64,000 nt of DNA. Source: Terriglobales bacterium (GTDB lineage Bacteria > Acidobacteriota > Terriglobia > Terriglobales > Acidobacteriaceae). How positions within the stretch are numbered: position 1 is the stretch's first letter; each line of letters opens with the position of its first letter. This document shows, piece by piece, positions 37,988-46,995 of the stretch. A program made the translations under genes and the position numbers. Under the pieces are notes generated by a model. It saw only the letters and a list, made by a program, of their open reading frames with translations. It was not told the DNA's origin and did not search any database. The stretch lies in contig JBAWFQ010000127.1 of NCBI GenBank assembly GCA_049592035.1, positions 68 to 64,067 on the forward strand, given 5' to 3'.

Positions 37988-38337
37988 GCCTGTCCTCCTT
38001 GCCGCCGCTGTAGGCGGGAATTTCCGATTTGCCCTCCCGGCCCGACCGAAAATACAACACTTGGCCCTCAACCATCGTGAACCCTATTGTCTCGGCCCAC
38101 CTATCGTTCTTGGCTTCAAAGGCGAGTTTCCGGGTTTGGCAATCCGCTCTGCCCGGAGCGGCAGGCGCGGACTGTGGCCTGCTGGTTGCGGTACTACACT
38201 CCGAAAAAGATCGTTCCCGAACTAGGGTCGGAAGGCATAGGCAGGAACTACGTCTGGATCATCGCGGCGGGCAATCCTGTCGCTCGTCTTCATTTTCTTG
38301 TTGGGACGCGGGATTACTCTGCATCGTTAGAAGCATC

Positions 38338-39588
38338 TCATCGGGCGCCAACTTCTTCCTTATCTTTTTCCCTGCTCGCGTAGTGTGACTCGACATAGTC
38401 GTCGAGAATTTTCATGAACTCGGCCACGATCTTGTCGCCCTTGAGCGTCGTAAAGAGTCGGCCGTCTACATAAACGGGAGCCTTTGGTTCTTCGGCGGTT
38501 CCGGGCAGAGAAATTCCCAGGCTGGCGTGCTTCGATTCTCCGGGGCCGTTGACCACGCAGCCCATCACGGCTACTTTCATTTCTTCCACGCCGGTGTGAG
38601 TCTGTTTCCAGACGGGCATCTGCTCGCGCAGGTAGGTTTGGATCTGCTCGGCCATTTCCTGGAAGAAGGTGCTGGTGGTGCGTCCGCAGCCGGGGCAGGC
38701 GGTAACTTGCGGGGTGAAGCTGCGAATCCCGAGCGACTGCAAAATTTGCTGCGACACGCGAACTTCTTCGGTGCGATCGCCTCCGGGCGCAGGCGTAAGC
38801 GAAACTCGGATGGTATCGCCGATGCCTTCTTGCAACACGACGGCCATGGCGGCGCTGGACGCCACGATGCCCTTGGCTCCCATGCCGGCTTCCGTTAATC
38901 CCAGATGCAGCGGGTATTCGCAGCGTGCGGCCAGGATGCGGTAGACGTCGATCAGGTCCTGCACTCCGCTGACTTTGGCGCTCAGGATGATCTGGTCAGG
39001 CCGCAGTCCGTGATGCTCGGCTAGCTTCGCCGAGCTTAGCGCGCTCACCACGATCGCTTCCATGGTCACTTCGCGCGCGTCTTTGGGCTCGGGGAGGCGC
39101 GAGTTCTCGTCCATCATTCGGGTCAGCAGGGCTTGATCGAGCGAACCCCAGTTCACGCCGATGCGCACCGGTTTCTGATACTTCACGGCAACCTCGACCA
39201 TGGTGCGGAAGTTGTCGTCGCCCTTGCGTCCAATGCTGGAATTGCCCGGATTAATGCGGTACTTGGCTAGGCCCTCGGCGCAGCCGGGATACTTGGTTAG
39301 CAGGAGGTGTCCGTTGTAATGGAAGTCGCCAACGATGGGCACGCGCACGCCCTGCTTCTCCAGTCCCTCAACAATGTGGGGGATGGCCTTAGCGGCATCG
39401 TCATTGTTGACGGTTACGCGGACTACTTCGCTTCCGGCCCGTGCCAGGGCGGCTACCTGCTGGATGGTGCCGGGGATGTCGGCAGTGTCGGTGTTGGTCA
39501 TGGACTGCACCATAACTGGTGCATCGCTGCCCACCCGGACTCCGCCAATCGATGCGGTAAAGGTTTTTCTGCGCTTAATTTCAGCCAT
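38338..39588 (-). CDS. ispG: 4-hydroxy-3-methylbut-2-en-1-yl diphosphate synthase (flavodoxin)
   Basis: [24 protein letters not shown]...RINPGN...ACPGCGRT...[10 protein letters not shown], the GcpE signature. Confidence 0.9.
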   Translation of the reverse strand: MAEIKRRKTFTASIGGVRVGSDAPVMVQSMTNTDTADIPGTIQQVAALARAGSEVVRVTVNNDDAAKAIPHIVEGLEKQGVRVPIVGDFHYNGHLLLTKYPGCAEGLAKYRINPGNSSIGRKGDDNFRTMVEVAVKYQKPVRIGVNWGSLDQALLTRMMDENSRLPEPKDAREVTMEAIVVSALSSAKLAEHHGLRPDQIILSAKVSGVQDLIDVYRILAARCEYPLHLGLTEAGMGAKGIVASSAAMAVVLQEGIGDTIRVSLTPAPGGDRTEEVRVSQQILQSLGIRSFTPQVTACPGCGRTTSTFFQEMAEQIQTYLREQMPVWKQTHTGVEEMKVAVMGCVVNGPGESKHASLGISLPGTAEEPKAPVYVDGRLFTTLKGDKIVAEFMKILDDYVESHYASREKDKEEVGAR

Positions 39589-39632
39589 GTGTGAGGTCTA
39601 TTTTAAACCAGGGGAGGGAAAAGCGCGAGAAA

Positions 39633-39743
39633 CCCTTTACCGCAAAGGACGCTGAGTTAGACGCAGAGAGCGCGGAGAAGTTCTTGCTAAACCCGTATTT
39701 CCTCTGCGACCTCTGCGTAACCGCGGCGTACTCTGCGTTAGAG
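39633..39743. repeat. REP-like imperfect palindrome, family A (copy 2)
   Basis: ccctttaccgcaaaggacgctgagttagacgcagagagcgcggagaag...tttcctctgcgacctctgcgtaaccgcggcgtactctgcgttagagg. It lies between rseP and ispG. Confidence 0.6.
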
Positions 39744-39745
39744 GG

Positions 39746-41098
39746 TTATGGCATCCTGGTGAGCCCCGGCAAGGTCTTGACCAGGTCGTTGTAGATCACC
39801 ATCACGGCGAAGAGCACTAAGAAGACGAACGCAGCCTGGTAGATACGTTCTTTGATAGGCAGGCTGATTTCTTTCTGCATCAGGCCCTCGATGAAAAGCA
39901 GCAGGATCACTCCGCCATCGAGAATGGGAATGGGCAGCAGGTTCATGATGCCGAGATTCAGGCTGATGGCGGCGGTGATTAAGAGCAGGGGAGTCCAGCC
40001 CTTTTCGCGGGCGGCCGCGCCAACGGCGCTGCCAATGCCGATGGGACCGTCAACCTGACGCATGGAAACTTTGTGCTGCACCATTTTTTGCAGCAGTTCG
40101 AGGATCAGGAAAGAGCTCTTCTTGTTGTCGGCCAGTGAGCGCTGCAGGGCGTCCCCGAAATTGAGCTTCACGACCTTGGTGGGAAGGCTGGCGACGCCGA
40201 TCCGGTAAGCCGGTTCTTGTCCAGATTGTCCGGGGTCGAGCATCGGTTTCACGGTGAAGGTTTTTTTCTGGCCGTCGCGGAGAACCACAATTTCCAGCGG
40301 CTGATCTTTAGTGCGCTTCAGCATCTGGATGAGCGCCTGCACGACCGGAATGTCCTGGCCGTTTGCAGTGAGAAGTTGGTCTCCTACTTTGATGCCGGCG
40401 TTGGCGGCGGGCATGCCGGGTTCGACCGTGGTCAGAGTGACGCTCGGTTCTTTCGGCACCCAACCGATGTCCCCGTATTGATTCGTGCCTACCGGCTCCG
40501 GGATGAGGACTTTTTCCGTGACCTTGCCATCACGCTCGATGCCAAATTTCAAAGGTTGATTGGGGCTGAGAGCGGCTTTGACATCCACCTGCTCCCAGTT
40601 GGGATTCTCGACGCCGTCGACGCTGACAATCTTGTCACCGATCTGAATGCCCGCTTTTTGCGCGGGCGTGTCTGGATTCACCCATCCCACAACCGTTGGC
40701 TCATCGACCACGGCGGGGTATTCGTAGTGCACCATGTAGACGGCGGTGAGCACGGCGACGGCGAGAATGATGTTCATGGCCGGTCCGGCTATGGCTACGA
40801 GAAAACGCTGCCAGCGCGGGTGGGAAAGAAATTCCCCGGGATCGCCGCTGCGGGCGTCCATGGGATTTTCTCCCGACATTTTGACGTAACCGCCGAGCGG
40901 AATGGCGCTGATGCGATAGTCGGTTTCCCCTCTGCTAAAGCCCACCAGGCGCTTGCCGAAGCCGATCGAAAAGACTTCCACCTTGACGCCGAAATACTTG
41001 GCGACGGCGAAGTGGCCGAACTCGTGAATCAGGATGAGGAACCCGAGCACGATCGCCATCGTAAAAATGGTATGAAGCAGGGACAAAAGCACAGGCAT
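39746..41098 (-). CDS. rseP: RIP metalloprotease RseP (site-2 protease) with PDZ domains
   Basis: LILIHEFGHFAVAKYFGV (HExxH), two PDZ-like segments, NLLPIPILDGG. Confidence 0.9.
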   Translation of the reverse strand: MPVLLSLLHTIFTMAIVLGFLILIHEFGHFAVAKYFGVKVEVFSIGFGKRLVGFSRGETDYRISAIPLGGYVKMSGENPMDARSGDPGEFLSHPRWQRFLVAIAGPAMNIILAVAVLTAVYMVHYEYPAVVDEPTVVGWVNPDTPAQKAGIQIGDKIVSVDGVENPNWEQVDVKAALSPNQPLKFGIERDGKVTEKVLIPEPVGTNQYGDIGWVPKEPSVTLTTVEPGMPAANAGIKVGDQLLTANGQDIPVVQALIQMLKRTKDQPLEIVVLRDGQKKTFTVKPMLDPGQSGQEPAYRIGVASLPTKVVKLNFGDALQRSLADNKKSSFLILELLQKMVQHKVSMRQVDGPIGIGSAVGAAAREKGWTPLLLITAAISLNLGIMNLLPIPILDGGVILLLFIEGLMQKEISLPIKERIYQAAFVFLVLFAVMVIYNDLVKTLPGLTRMP

Positions 41099-41127
41099 AT
41101 CCTTCTCAGATTACTCCAAAATTCCTC

Positions 41128-42363
41128 TTACGAAATGGCCCTGATGGGCGATAGCTTTCGGCTGCGCTGCCGCACGATTTCGCTTGCCAAAACGCGGGCC
41201 TCTGTATCTAGGGCGAGCACCTTATGTATAGATTCCAAATGTGCGGCTGGCGTTGCAGCCATTACTTGTTCGATGACCCGGGGGATGTCCTCGAACCCGA
41301 TCTGCTCCTCCAGAAACGCGGCTACGGCGACCTCGTCGGCGGCGTTCAGGGCGATGGTCTTGGCGCCTCCAGCGCCGGCCGCTTCGTAGGCCCCGCTCTC
41401 GTAAGCCAAGCTTTCATAGGCCAAACGAAGACAAGGAAATTTACTCATATCCGGAGGGCAGAAATCGAGATGCCGCAGGTCCATGACCGAGAAGCGCAAG
41501 TCCGAGGGGATGCGATCCGGATAGGTTAGCGCGTACAGGATGGGGAGACGCATATCAGTCACGGAAATTTGGGCGAGGATGCTGCCATCCACGAACTCGA
41601 CCAGGGAATGGATCGTAGACTGAGGATGCACAATGACTTGCACGCGCTCGGGCGGGATGTTGAACAAGCGGCAAGCCTCAATCACCTCGAAACCTTTGTT
41701 CATTAATGTGGCCGAGTCTATGGTGATCCTTTTGCCCATTTTCCAGGTGGGATGATTGAGCGCCTGTTCGACGGTGATGGACGCAAATTCCGACTTGGGT
41801 GTGTGGAGGAACGGGCCGCCGGACGCGGTCAGCCAGATGCGCTCCACCTCGTTTACTTTTTCGTCTCGTCGGCCGCCGCGCAGGCATTGGTGGACGGCGT
41901 TATGTTCGCTGTCGATGGGCAGGAGCGGCTTGCCCTGTTTCCGCGCCTCGGCGGTGATCAATTCGCCCGCGACGACAAGGCACTCTTTATTGGCCAGGCC
42001 AACAGATTTGCCGCTTCGCACCGCTTCATAGGTCGCCTCCAAGCCGGAGATGCCTACGATGGCGCTGACTACGAAATCCACGTCGGGATGGGTTGCGACT
42101 CGAACCGTGCCTGGGGCGCCGTGAACGACTTCGATCTTGCCCAAACCTGCTTGCCTTAGTTTCGACTGGAGCGCTCCAGCCGCGGCTTCGTCCGCCAGCG
42201 ACACTGCAACAGGCTTCCAGCGTACGGCTTGCTCGAAGGCCAGTTCGACGTTGCTGCCGGCGGCCAGCGTCGAGACCTGAAAGCGGTCGGGATAGCTTTC
42301 GACCACGCTCAAAGTGCTGCGGCCAATCGAACCGGTCGAACCCAGGATGGCGATGCGTTTCAT
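41128..42363 (-). CDS. dxr: 1-deoxy-D-xylulose 5-phosphate reductoisomerase
   Basis: MKRIAILGSTGSIGRSTLSVV...LLPIDSEHNAVHQCL...LNHPTWKMGKRITIDSATLMNKGFEVIEA. Confidence 0.9.
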   Translation of the reverse strand: MKRIAILGSTGSIGRSTLSVVESYPDRFQVSTLAAGSNVELAFEQAVRWKPVAVSLADEAAAGALQSKLRQAGLGKIEVVHGAPGTVRVATHPDVDFVVSAIVGISGLEATYEAVRSGKSVGLANKECLVVAGELITAEARKQGKPLLPIDSEHNAVHQCLRGGRRDEKVNEVERIWLTASGGPFLHTPKSEFASITVEQALNHPTWKMGKRITIDSATLMNKGFEVIEACRLFNIPPERVQVIVHPQSTIHSLVEFVDGSILAQISVTDMRLPILYALTYPDRIPSDLRFSVMDLRHLDFCPPDMSKFPCLRLAYESLAYESGAYEAAGAGGAKTIALNAADEVAVAAFLEEQIGFEDIPRVIEQVMAATPAAHLESIHKVLALDTEARVLASEIVRQRSRKLSPIRAIS

Positions 42364-42445
42364 CTGGAGGATTCTTCTATTGTACGGGACGGGGATGCAG
42401 TCCGAACCGGCTCCGGGAGCCGCAGGGGAAATCTAGCCCTCTTTT

Positions 42446-44149
42446 CTATCCTCTTTTGCGCTCGTAGGGGACATATACCGGTTCCCAGATATTGGCCTGC
42501 AGTTCGCGCTCTAGACTGTCCTCGCCCGTAACCTGCGCCTGGCCTTCTTGAATCGCCTGCATACCCACGGCTTTCGCGATCGAACGACCGATCTGACGCG
42601 AATCCGAAATGGGGGGCAGGAGGCTGGCCTTCGTATCTTTTTGTGTGGGCGCGAGACGAAGCAATTCCTTGGTCGCGGCCATGATCATCTTGTCGGTAAC
42701 GCGTTTAGCTTTGGAGGCGATGATGCCAAGAGCGAGACCGGGAAATATGTACGAGTTATTGGTCTGGGCGATGGGAACTTTCCTGCCCCAGATTCTCACC
42801 GGTTCGTAGGGACTTCCAGTCCCGATGAGCGCCTGTCCTTCGGTCCAATCTACCAAGTCCTGCGGCGTGGCTTCGCTGCTGGGAGTGGGATTGGAAAGCG
42901 GGAAGATGACGGGTCGAGCAGTGTGCTGGGCCATCTCACGGACCGCTTCCTCGGTGAAGGTGCCGCCTTGCCCCGATACTCCGATGAGGACGGTCGGCTT
43001 GGCATGGCGGATCACGTCCAGCAAGGCGACGTCGCCATTCGGCTGTCTCCAACTCCGTACTTCTTCTTCTTTGCGGGCGTAGGGCAGTTGCTCGAGCCGC
43101 ACCTCTTTACCATTTTCCGTAATCAAACCGTAGCGATCGATGGCGTAGATGCAGCTGCGAGCTTCCGATTCCGAGACGCCTTTTTCCTGCATGAACTGCA
43201 TCAACAGTTTGGTGATGCCGATGCCCGCGGTTCCGAAGCCAAAGACAGCGATCTTCTGTTGCTCCAGGGGCACGCCGGTAACGTTGATGGCGGAGAGCAG
43301 CGTCGCGGTGGCTACCGCCGCAGTGCCTTGGATATCGTCGTTAAAAGTGCAGAGTTGGTCTTTGTAGCGAGCCAAAAGTCGAGAAGCATTCGAACCGGCA
43401 AAGTCCTCCCACTGCAAAAGAACGTGCGGCCAGCGCTTCTTCACGCTGTTGACGAAAACGTCCACGAAATCGTCGTAGGCTTCGCCGCGGACCCGATGAT
43501 GCGTCCAGCCGATGTAAATCGGACTCTTTAATCTTTCCTCATTGTCCGTTCCCACGTCGAGCAGAATCGGAAGGCAATCCTCCGGATGAATGCCGCCGAG
43601 CGCAGTGTAAAGGGCCATCTTTCCGATAGGAATACCCATGCCTCCCGCGCCTTGATCGCCGAGGCCCAGGATTCTTTCCCCATCGCTCACGACGATGCAT
43701 TTGATACCGTCGTAACGGGAATGACTCAGTATCTGTTCGATACGGTGTTTATTCGGATAGCTGAGGAACAAGCCTCGTGGCTTTCTCCAAATTTCACTGA
43801 AGCGCTGGCACCCCTCACCCACGGTTGGGGTGTAAACGATGGGGAGCATCTCTTCGATATTGCGCAGCAAGAGCGCATAGAACAGCGTCTCGTTCGAATT
43901 CTGTAGATCGCGCAGAAAACTGTATTTATGGAAAGGGTTCGGTTGTTCCCGGAAGGCTTGCATGCGGCGATCGATCTGTTCCTCAAGCGTCCCCACATGC
44001 GGTGGCAATAAACCGTGCAGCTCGAATACATCGCGTTCGTGATCGGTGAAAGCCGTTCCTTTATTAAGACGCGGAGAATTAATCAGTCCATATCCTGCAA
44101 GAGAAACCGGATAAGGCTTAAGGGCGGTGGGTTCTAATGTTTCAATCAT
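42446..44149 (-). CDS. NAD-dependent malic enzyme
   Basis: 567 aa. LNKGTAFT..ER, YTPTVGEGC, VVSDGERILGLGDQGAGGMGIPIGK, FNDDIQGTAAV, FGFGTAGIGI. Confidence 0.85.
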   Translation of the reverse strand: MIETLEPTALKPYPVSLAGYGLINSPRLNKGTAFTDHERDVFELHGLLPPHVGTLEEQIDRRMQAFREQPNPFHKYSFLRDLQNSNETLFYALLLRNIEEMLPIVYTPTVGEGCQRFSEIWRKPRGLFLSYPNKHRIEQILSHSRYDGIKCIVVSDGERILGLGDQGAGGMGIPIGKMALYTALGGIHPEDCLPILLDVGTDNEERLKSPIYIGWTHHRVRGEAYDDFVDVFVNSVKKRWPHVLLQWEDFAGSNASRLLARYKDQLCTFNDDIQGTAAVATATLLSAINVTGVPLEQQKIAVFGFGTAGIGITKLLMQFMQEKGVSESEARSCIYAIDRYGLITENGKEVRLEQLPYARKEEEVRSWRQPNGDVALLDVIRHAKPTVLIGVSGQGGTFTEEAVREMAQHTARPVIFPLSNPTPSSEATPQDLVDWTEGQALIGTGSPYEPVRIWGRKVPIAQTNNSYIFPGLALGIIASKAKRVTDKMIMAATKELLRLAPTQKDTKASLLPPISDSRQIGRSIAKAVGMQAIQEGQAQVTGEDSLERELQANIWEPVYVPYERKRG

Positions 44150-44219
44150 TATGTTTTTTATTCTATTCTTTTTGGCAGCCTCGGGTTTGAAGGGCGTGTG
44201 AAAATGAGCACGAAGGGAT

Positions 44220-44378
44220 TTACTTCCTACTCTTCAGAATTGCGCCCATGATGCTGGGGTTGCGCCGTCCGTGCATTACAGCGCTTTGTCATCCTGAGCG
44301 AAGCGAAGGACCTGCTGTTCGGCGCAGAAAGCAGGTCCTTCGCTTCGCTCAGGATGTCAACCAACGAGCGCGGCTCAT
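44220..44378 (-). pseudogene. ParE-like toxin remnant with its middle replaced by a REP-like palindrome
   Basis: GAGGAG-N2-ATG lies 6 nt after the antitoxin stop and gives MSRARWL before running into repeat B1. Beyond the repeat, ...AVMHGRRNPSIMGAILKSRK* resembles a ParE/RelE C-terminus (HGxRd). Total length is far short of a ~95-aa toxin. Confidence 0.4.
44284..44359. repeat. REP/MITE-like long palindrome, family B (copy 1)
   Basis: ctttgtcatcctgagcgaagcgaaggacctgct-gttcggcgcagaa-agcaggtccttcgcttcgctcaggatgtcaa. About 30-bp near-perfect arms. Second copy at 45942-46020. Confidence 0.8.
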
Positions 44379-44384
44379 TTCTCC

Positions 44385-44633
44385 TCAGGATTGGCGGTTG
44401 CGCAGGGCTTCAGTATTCGCCTTCAGGCGGGTGAAGGCTTCCTCTCCGTCGATGGGCTTCGCTCTCCCGCTTTTCAGTTCGTCATAGCGGTTGTCGAGCA
44501 TGTCCCGCGTTTGTGCGAGTTCGTCGAAATATGCGGCCAACGCATCGTGCAAAAGCTCATCGGTCCCGCGTCCGCTCTGCGCCGCGAGGTCATTGAGCTT
44601 CTTTTCAACGTCGGGAGTGAAATGGACTTCCAT
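44385..44633 (-). CDS. ParD-like ribbon-helix-helix antitoxin (orphan)
   Basis: MEVHFTPDVEKKLNDLAAQSGRGTDELLHDALAAYFDE...YDELKSGRAKPIDGEEAFTRLKA: an RHH N-terminus plus a ParD-type C-terminal region. Start taken at ATG 44633. Confidence 0.6.
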   Translation of the reverse strand: MEVHFTPDVEKKLNDLAAQSGRGTDELLHDALAAYFDELAQTRDMLDNRYDELKSGRAKPIDGEEAFTRLKANTEALRNRQS

Positions 44634-44677
44634 GGGCTTCAATATAGGGAAAAGAGTTGGTCGTGGCAAGCTGCCGT

Positions 44678-45064
44678 TCAGTCGCGGCTTTTCCCACGAA
44701 AAGGATTCCAGGGGCTAAGCAAGAACGCGGATGCTATTGCAATCCAAATTACACCTGATATACCCGTTTCTGCCTTAGTGATCATCGCGATGACATTTCC
44801 GATAATAGAGAGCGCCGCCATTACCGCTATTGCTTTCCGGTATCGGTCTTGCCAGCGTTCGGTTCGCTGATTGATGAAGGCCTCTCTTTCCTCTTCCGAC
44901 GCCTCTTTAGGCAGAGTCCACTTATCGACAAGCGAAAGGACAAGTGCCGCCAACCCGACGATCACGGCCATGAAAGCAATTATCGTGAGAATTTGGAATG
45001 CAGTGTCCACACTCGGTCTCTTATTTTGTCTTACTGCATCAGCCGCCACGCGCCGTAAGCCCAT
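44678..45064 (-). CDS. Hypothetical 3-TM membrane protein
   Basis: 128-aa ORF with hydrophobic spans (FQILTIIAFMAVIVGLAALVLSLV, AIAVMAALSIIGNVIAMI, GVIWIAIASAFLL). Its 5' end overlaps the cdsA 3' end, so the start is uncertain. Confidence 0.45.
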   Translation of the reverse strand: MGLRRVAADAVRQNKRPSVDTAFQILTIIAFMAVIVGLAALVLSLVDKWTLPKEASEEEREAFINQRTERWQDRYRKAIAVMAALSIIGNVIAMITKAETGISGVIWIAIASAFLLSPWNPFRGKSRD

Positions 45065-45927
45065 ACCACGGGCACGGCAAAGAGCATGGCGTCGATGCGG
45101 TCGAGCATACCTCCATGGCCGGGGAGGATGGTGCCGGAATCCTTTACTCCGGCGCCGCGCTTGATCAGGGATTCAACCAAGTCACCTAACTGCGCCGCGA
45201 TGTTGACTAGCGCTGACAGCAGAAGGATGGGCCAGAGTTGCGGCTGCTCCAGGCCGAACATGCCATCGCGGCGATCGATCAATCCGATGCGCAGCAGCGT
45301 CGAGCTAATTGCGGGCGCATGCTGCATCCACAGCGCGCCGACGATCACGCTGGCCAGGATCGACGCTACCGCCCCTTCCCAGGTTTTTTTCGGGCTGATC
45401 TCGGGCGACATGCGGTGACGGCCCAGCGACTTGCCTACGAAGTAGGCGAAGATGTCTCCTGCCCAGACGGCTAGCAGTGTGTAGATAGTCCAGATCGCGC
45501 CCGCGGGTTGCTCGCGGATCGCGACCAGAAGCGCCATCGGAATTGCGATGTAAGCGAAAGCGAAGGAAGAAGCGGCGGCGGCGGGATATCCAGTGGCCAG
45601 ATCGGCTCGTTGCATGGCAACCGTGAGAAATACAAACGGAGCCAGCGCCGCGCCCACCGCGAGCCCGTAGAGCATGGCTGTGGTCTCAACCAACGGCGTG
45701 CGATTGGCGGACGCGAGAATCACAAATAGAAAGAAGATGGCGACGAAGGCATAAGTCGCTGGCGCCAGCGGCTGGACTGCATAGTGCGTCGCCAGCTTAA
45801 GGAACTCGGCGATCGCGAGCAAAGCTACCGCTCCGGCTACCAGGGCTAGCACATAAAGCGGGGCTTTCAATACCAGCAACAAGACCAGAGGGATGAGAAC
45901 TACGGCGGTCGCCACGCGCTTGATCAT
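45031..45927 (-). CDS. cdsA: Phosphatidate cytidylyltransferase
   Basis: Multi-TM protein with C-terminal SLIKRGAGVKDSGTILPGHGGMLDRIDAMLFAVP (CdsA signature). Confidence 0.85.
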   Translation of the reverse strand: MIKRVATAVVLIPLVLLLVLKAPLYVLALVAGAVALLAIAEFLKLATHYAVQPLAPATYAFVAIFFLFVILASANRTPLVETTAMLYGLAVGAALAPFVFLTVAMQRADLATGYPAAAASSFAFAYIAIPMALLVAIREQPAGAIWTIYTLLAVWAGDIFAYFVGKSLGRHRMSPEISPKKTWEGAVASILASVIVGALWMQHAPAISSTLLRIGLIDRRDGMFGLEQPQLWPILLLSALVNIAAQLGDLVESLIKRGAGVKDSGTILPGHGGMLDRIDAMLFAVPVVWAYGAWRLMQ

Positions 45928-45936
45928 GAGAGGGGG

Positions 45937-46818
45937 TTACGCTTTGTCATCCTGAGCGAAGCGAAGGACCTGCTTTTTGCCGCGAACAGCAGGTCCTTCG
46001 CTGCGCTCAGGATGACAAAGGTTGGGCAGCGGTGCATGCCCGTTTGGGCCCAGGCCGCCGTAGCGGCGCTCGCGTTTCTGATACTCTTCGATGCCCTCGA
46101 GCAGTTGCACGCCCCGGAAATCGGGCCACAGGGTTTGGGTTACATAGATCTCCGCATACGCCAGTTGCCAGAGCAGAAAGTTGCTCAGCCGCATCTCGCC
46201 GCTGGTGCGAATTACCAAGTCGGGATCGGGGAGGCCGCGGGTGTAGAGATGTTCGCTAATGGCCTGCTCATCGACTTCTATGTGATCGAGGCCGCCGTTG
46301 CGGGCGGCAGCTTCAGCCAGGGAACGGAACGCGTCCACGATCTCGCTGCGCGCGCTGTAATTCAGCGCCAGCGTCAGAAACATGCCAGTGTTCTTCGAGG
46401 TTGCGTCGCTCGCTTCCGCCATTTCGCGCTGCACCGATTCGGGTAACTCATGCTTGCGGCCGATGTATTGCAAACGGATATTGTTTTGATTGAGCGTCTT
46501 AATTTCCGCTTTGAGATAGTGGCAGAGCAGGCGCATCAGGAAATCGACTTCCGTCTTCGGACGTTTCTTCCAGTTTTCCTCGGAGAAGGCGTAGAGCGTG
46601 AGTGCGGGAATCCCGACGCGCGCCGCGGTTTCGACCGTCGAACGCACAGCCGCAACACCGGCGCGATGACCGGCCACGCGCGGCATGTGGCGACGCCGGG
46701 CCCAGCGCCCGTTTCCGTCCATGATGATCGCGATATGCCGGGGAAGACTCGCCGAATCGAGCCGCAGATAAACATCAGTTTCCTTGCGGTCCATCCCAGC
46801 AGGAACCGTGTGTCGCAA
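45937..46818 (-). CDS. uppS: Isoprenyl transferase (undecaprenyl-diphosphate synthase family); last 28 codons come from a REP palindrome
   Basis: HIAIIMDGNGRWA, AFSEENWKRP, RTSGEMRLSNFLLWQLAYAE, YQKRERRYGG. The C-terminal LCHPERSEGPAVRGKKQVLRFAQDDKA is encoded by repeat B2. The start may be ATG 46794. Confidence 0.85.
   Translation of the reverse strand: MRHTVPAGMDRKETDVYLRLDSASLPRHIAIIMDGNGRWARRRHMPRVAGHRAGVAAVRSTVETAARVGIPALTLYAFSEENWKKRPKTEVDFLMRLLCHYLKAEIKTLNQNNIRLQYIGRKHELPESVQREMAEASDATSKNTGMFLTLALNYSARSEIVDAFRSLAEAAARNGGLDHIEVDEQAISEHLYTRGLPDPDLVIRTSGEMRLSNFLLWQLAYAEIYVTQTLWPDFRGVQLLEGIEEYQKRERRYGGLGPNGHAPLPNLCHPERSEGPAVRGKKQVLRFAQDDKA
45942..46020. repeat. REP/MITE-like long palindrome, family B (copy 2)
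   Basis: ctttgtcatcctgagcgaagcgaaggacctgct-ttttgccgcgaac-agcaggtccttcgctgcgctcaggatgacaaag. It fills the uppS 3' end up to 10 nt before the cdsA start. Confidence 0.8.
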
Positions 46819-46930
46819 GCGGAACTCTCCGAGTCGAAGCTAACACACGAAATCCAGTGTGTGCAATGCGATAGGAAGGTGGACTCCGTGTGGCGGCAGC
46901 AAGCACGCACGGGACGCGATCCCCACCGTC

Positions 46931-46972
46931 AAAAAAGAGAAAGCTGGCCAGATCTGAGGATCGTGGCCAGCT
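46931..46972 (-). terminator. Rho-independent terminator (minus strand)
   Basis: Minus strand: agctggcca-cgatcctcagatc-tggccagct followed by ttctctttttt, 24 nt after the stop of the 46996-47703 gene. Confidence 0.7.
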
Positions 46973-46995
46973 CACCCTGTCCCTGCCAGCAGAAT

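Noticed and set aside
40217-41389. 390-aa plus-strand ORF spanning rseP and the dxr 3' end
   Set aside because: It is antisense to two strongly supported genes and crosses their intergenic gap. The composition is Arg/Gly/His-rich and there is no SD or start context.
42548-43531. 327-aa plus-strand ORF inside the malic enzyme gene
   Set aside because: Antisense shadow of a well-supported 567-aa malic enzyme, with no independent signals.
44248-44487. 79-aa ORF containing CHPERSEGPAVRRRKQVLRFAQD (similar repeat-derived ORFs at 57029-57226 and 62467-62766)
   Set aside because: The peptide is simply the translation of dispersed palindromic repeats (families B and D). The same peptides recur wherever the repeat occurs.
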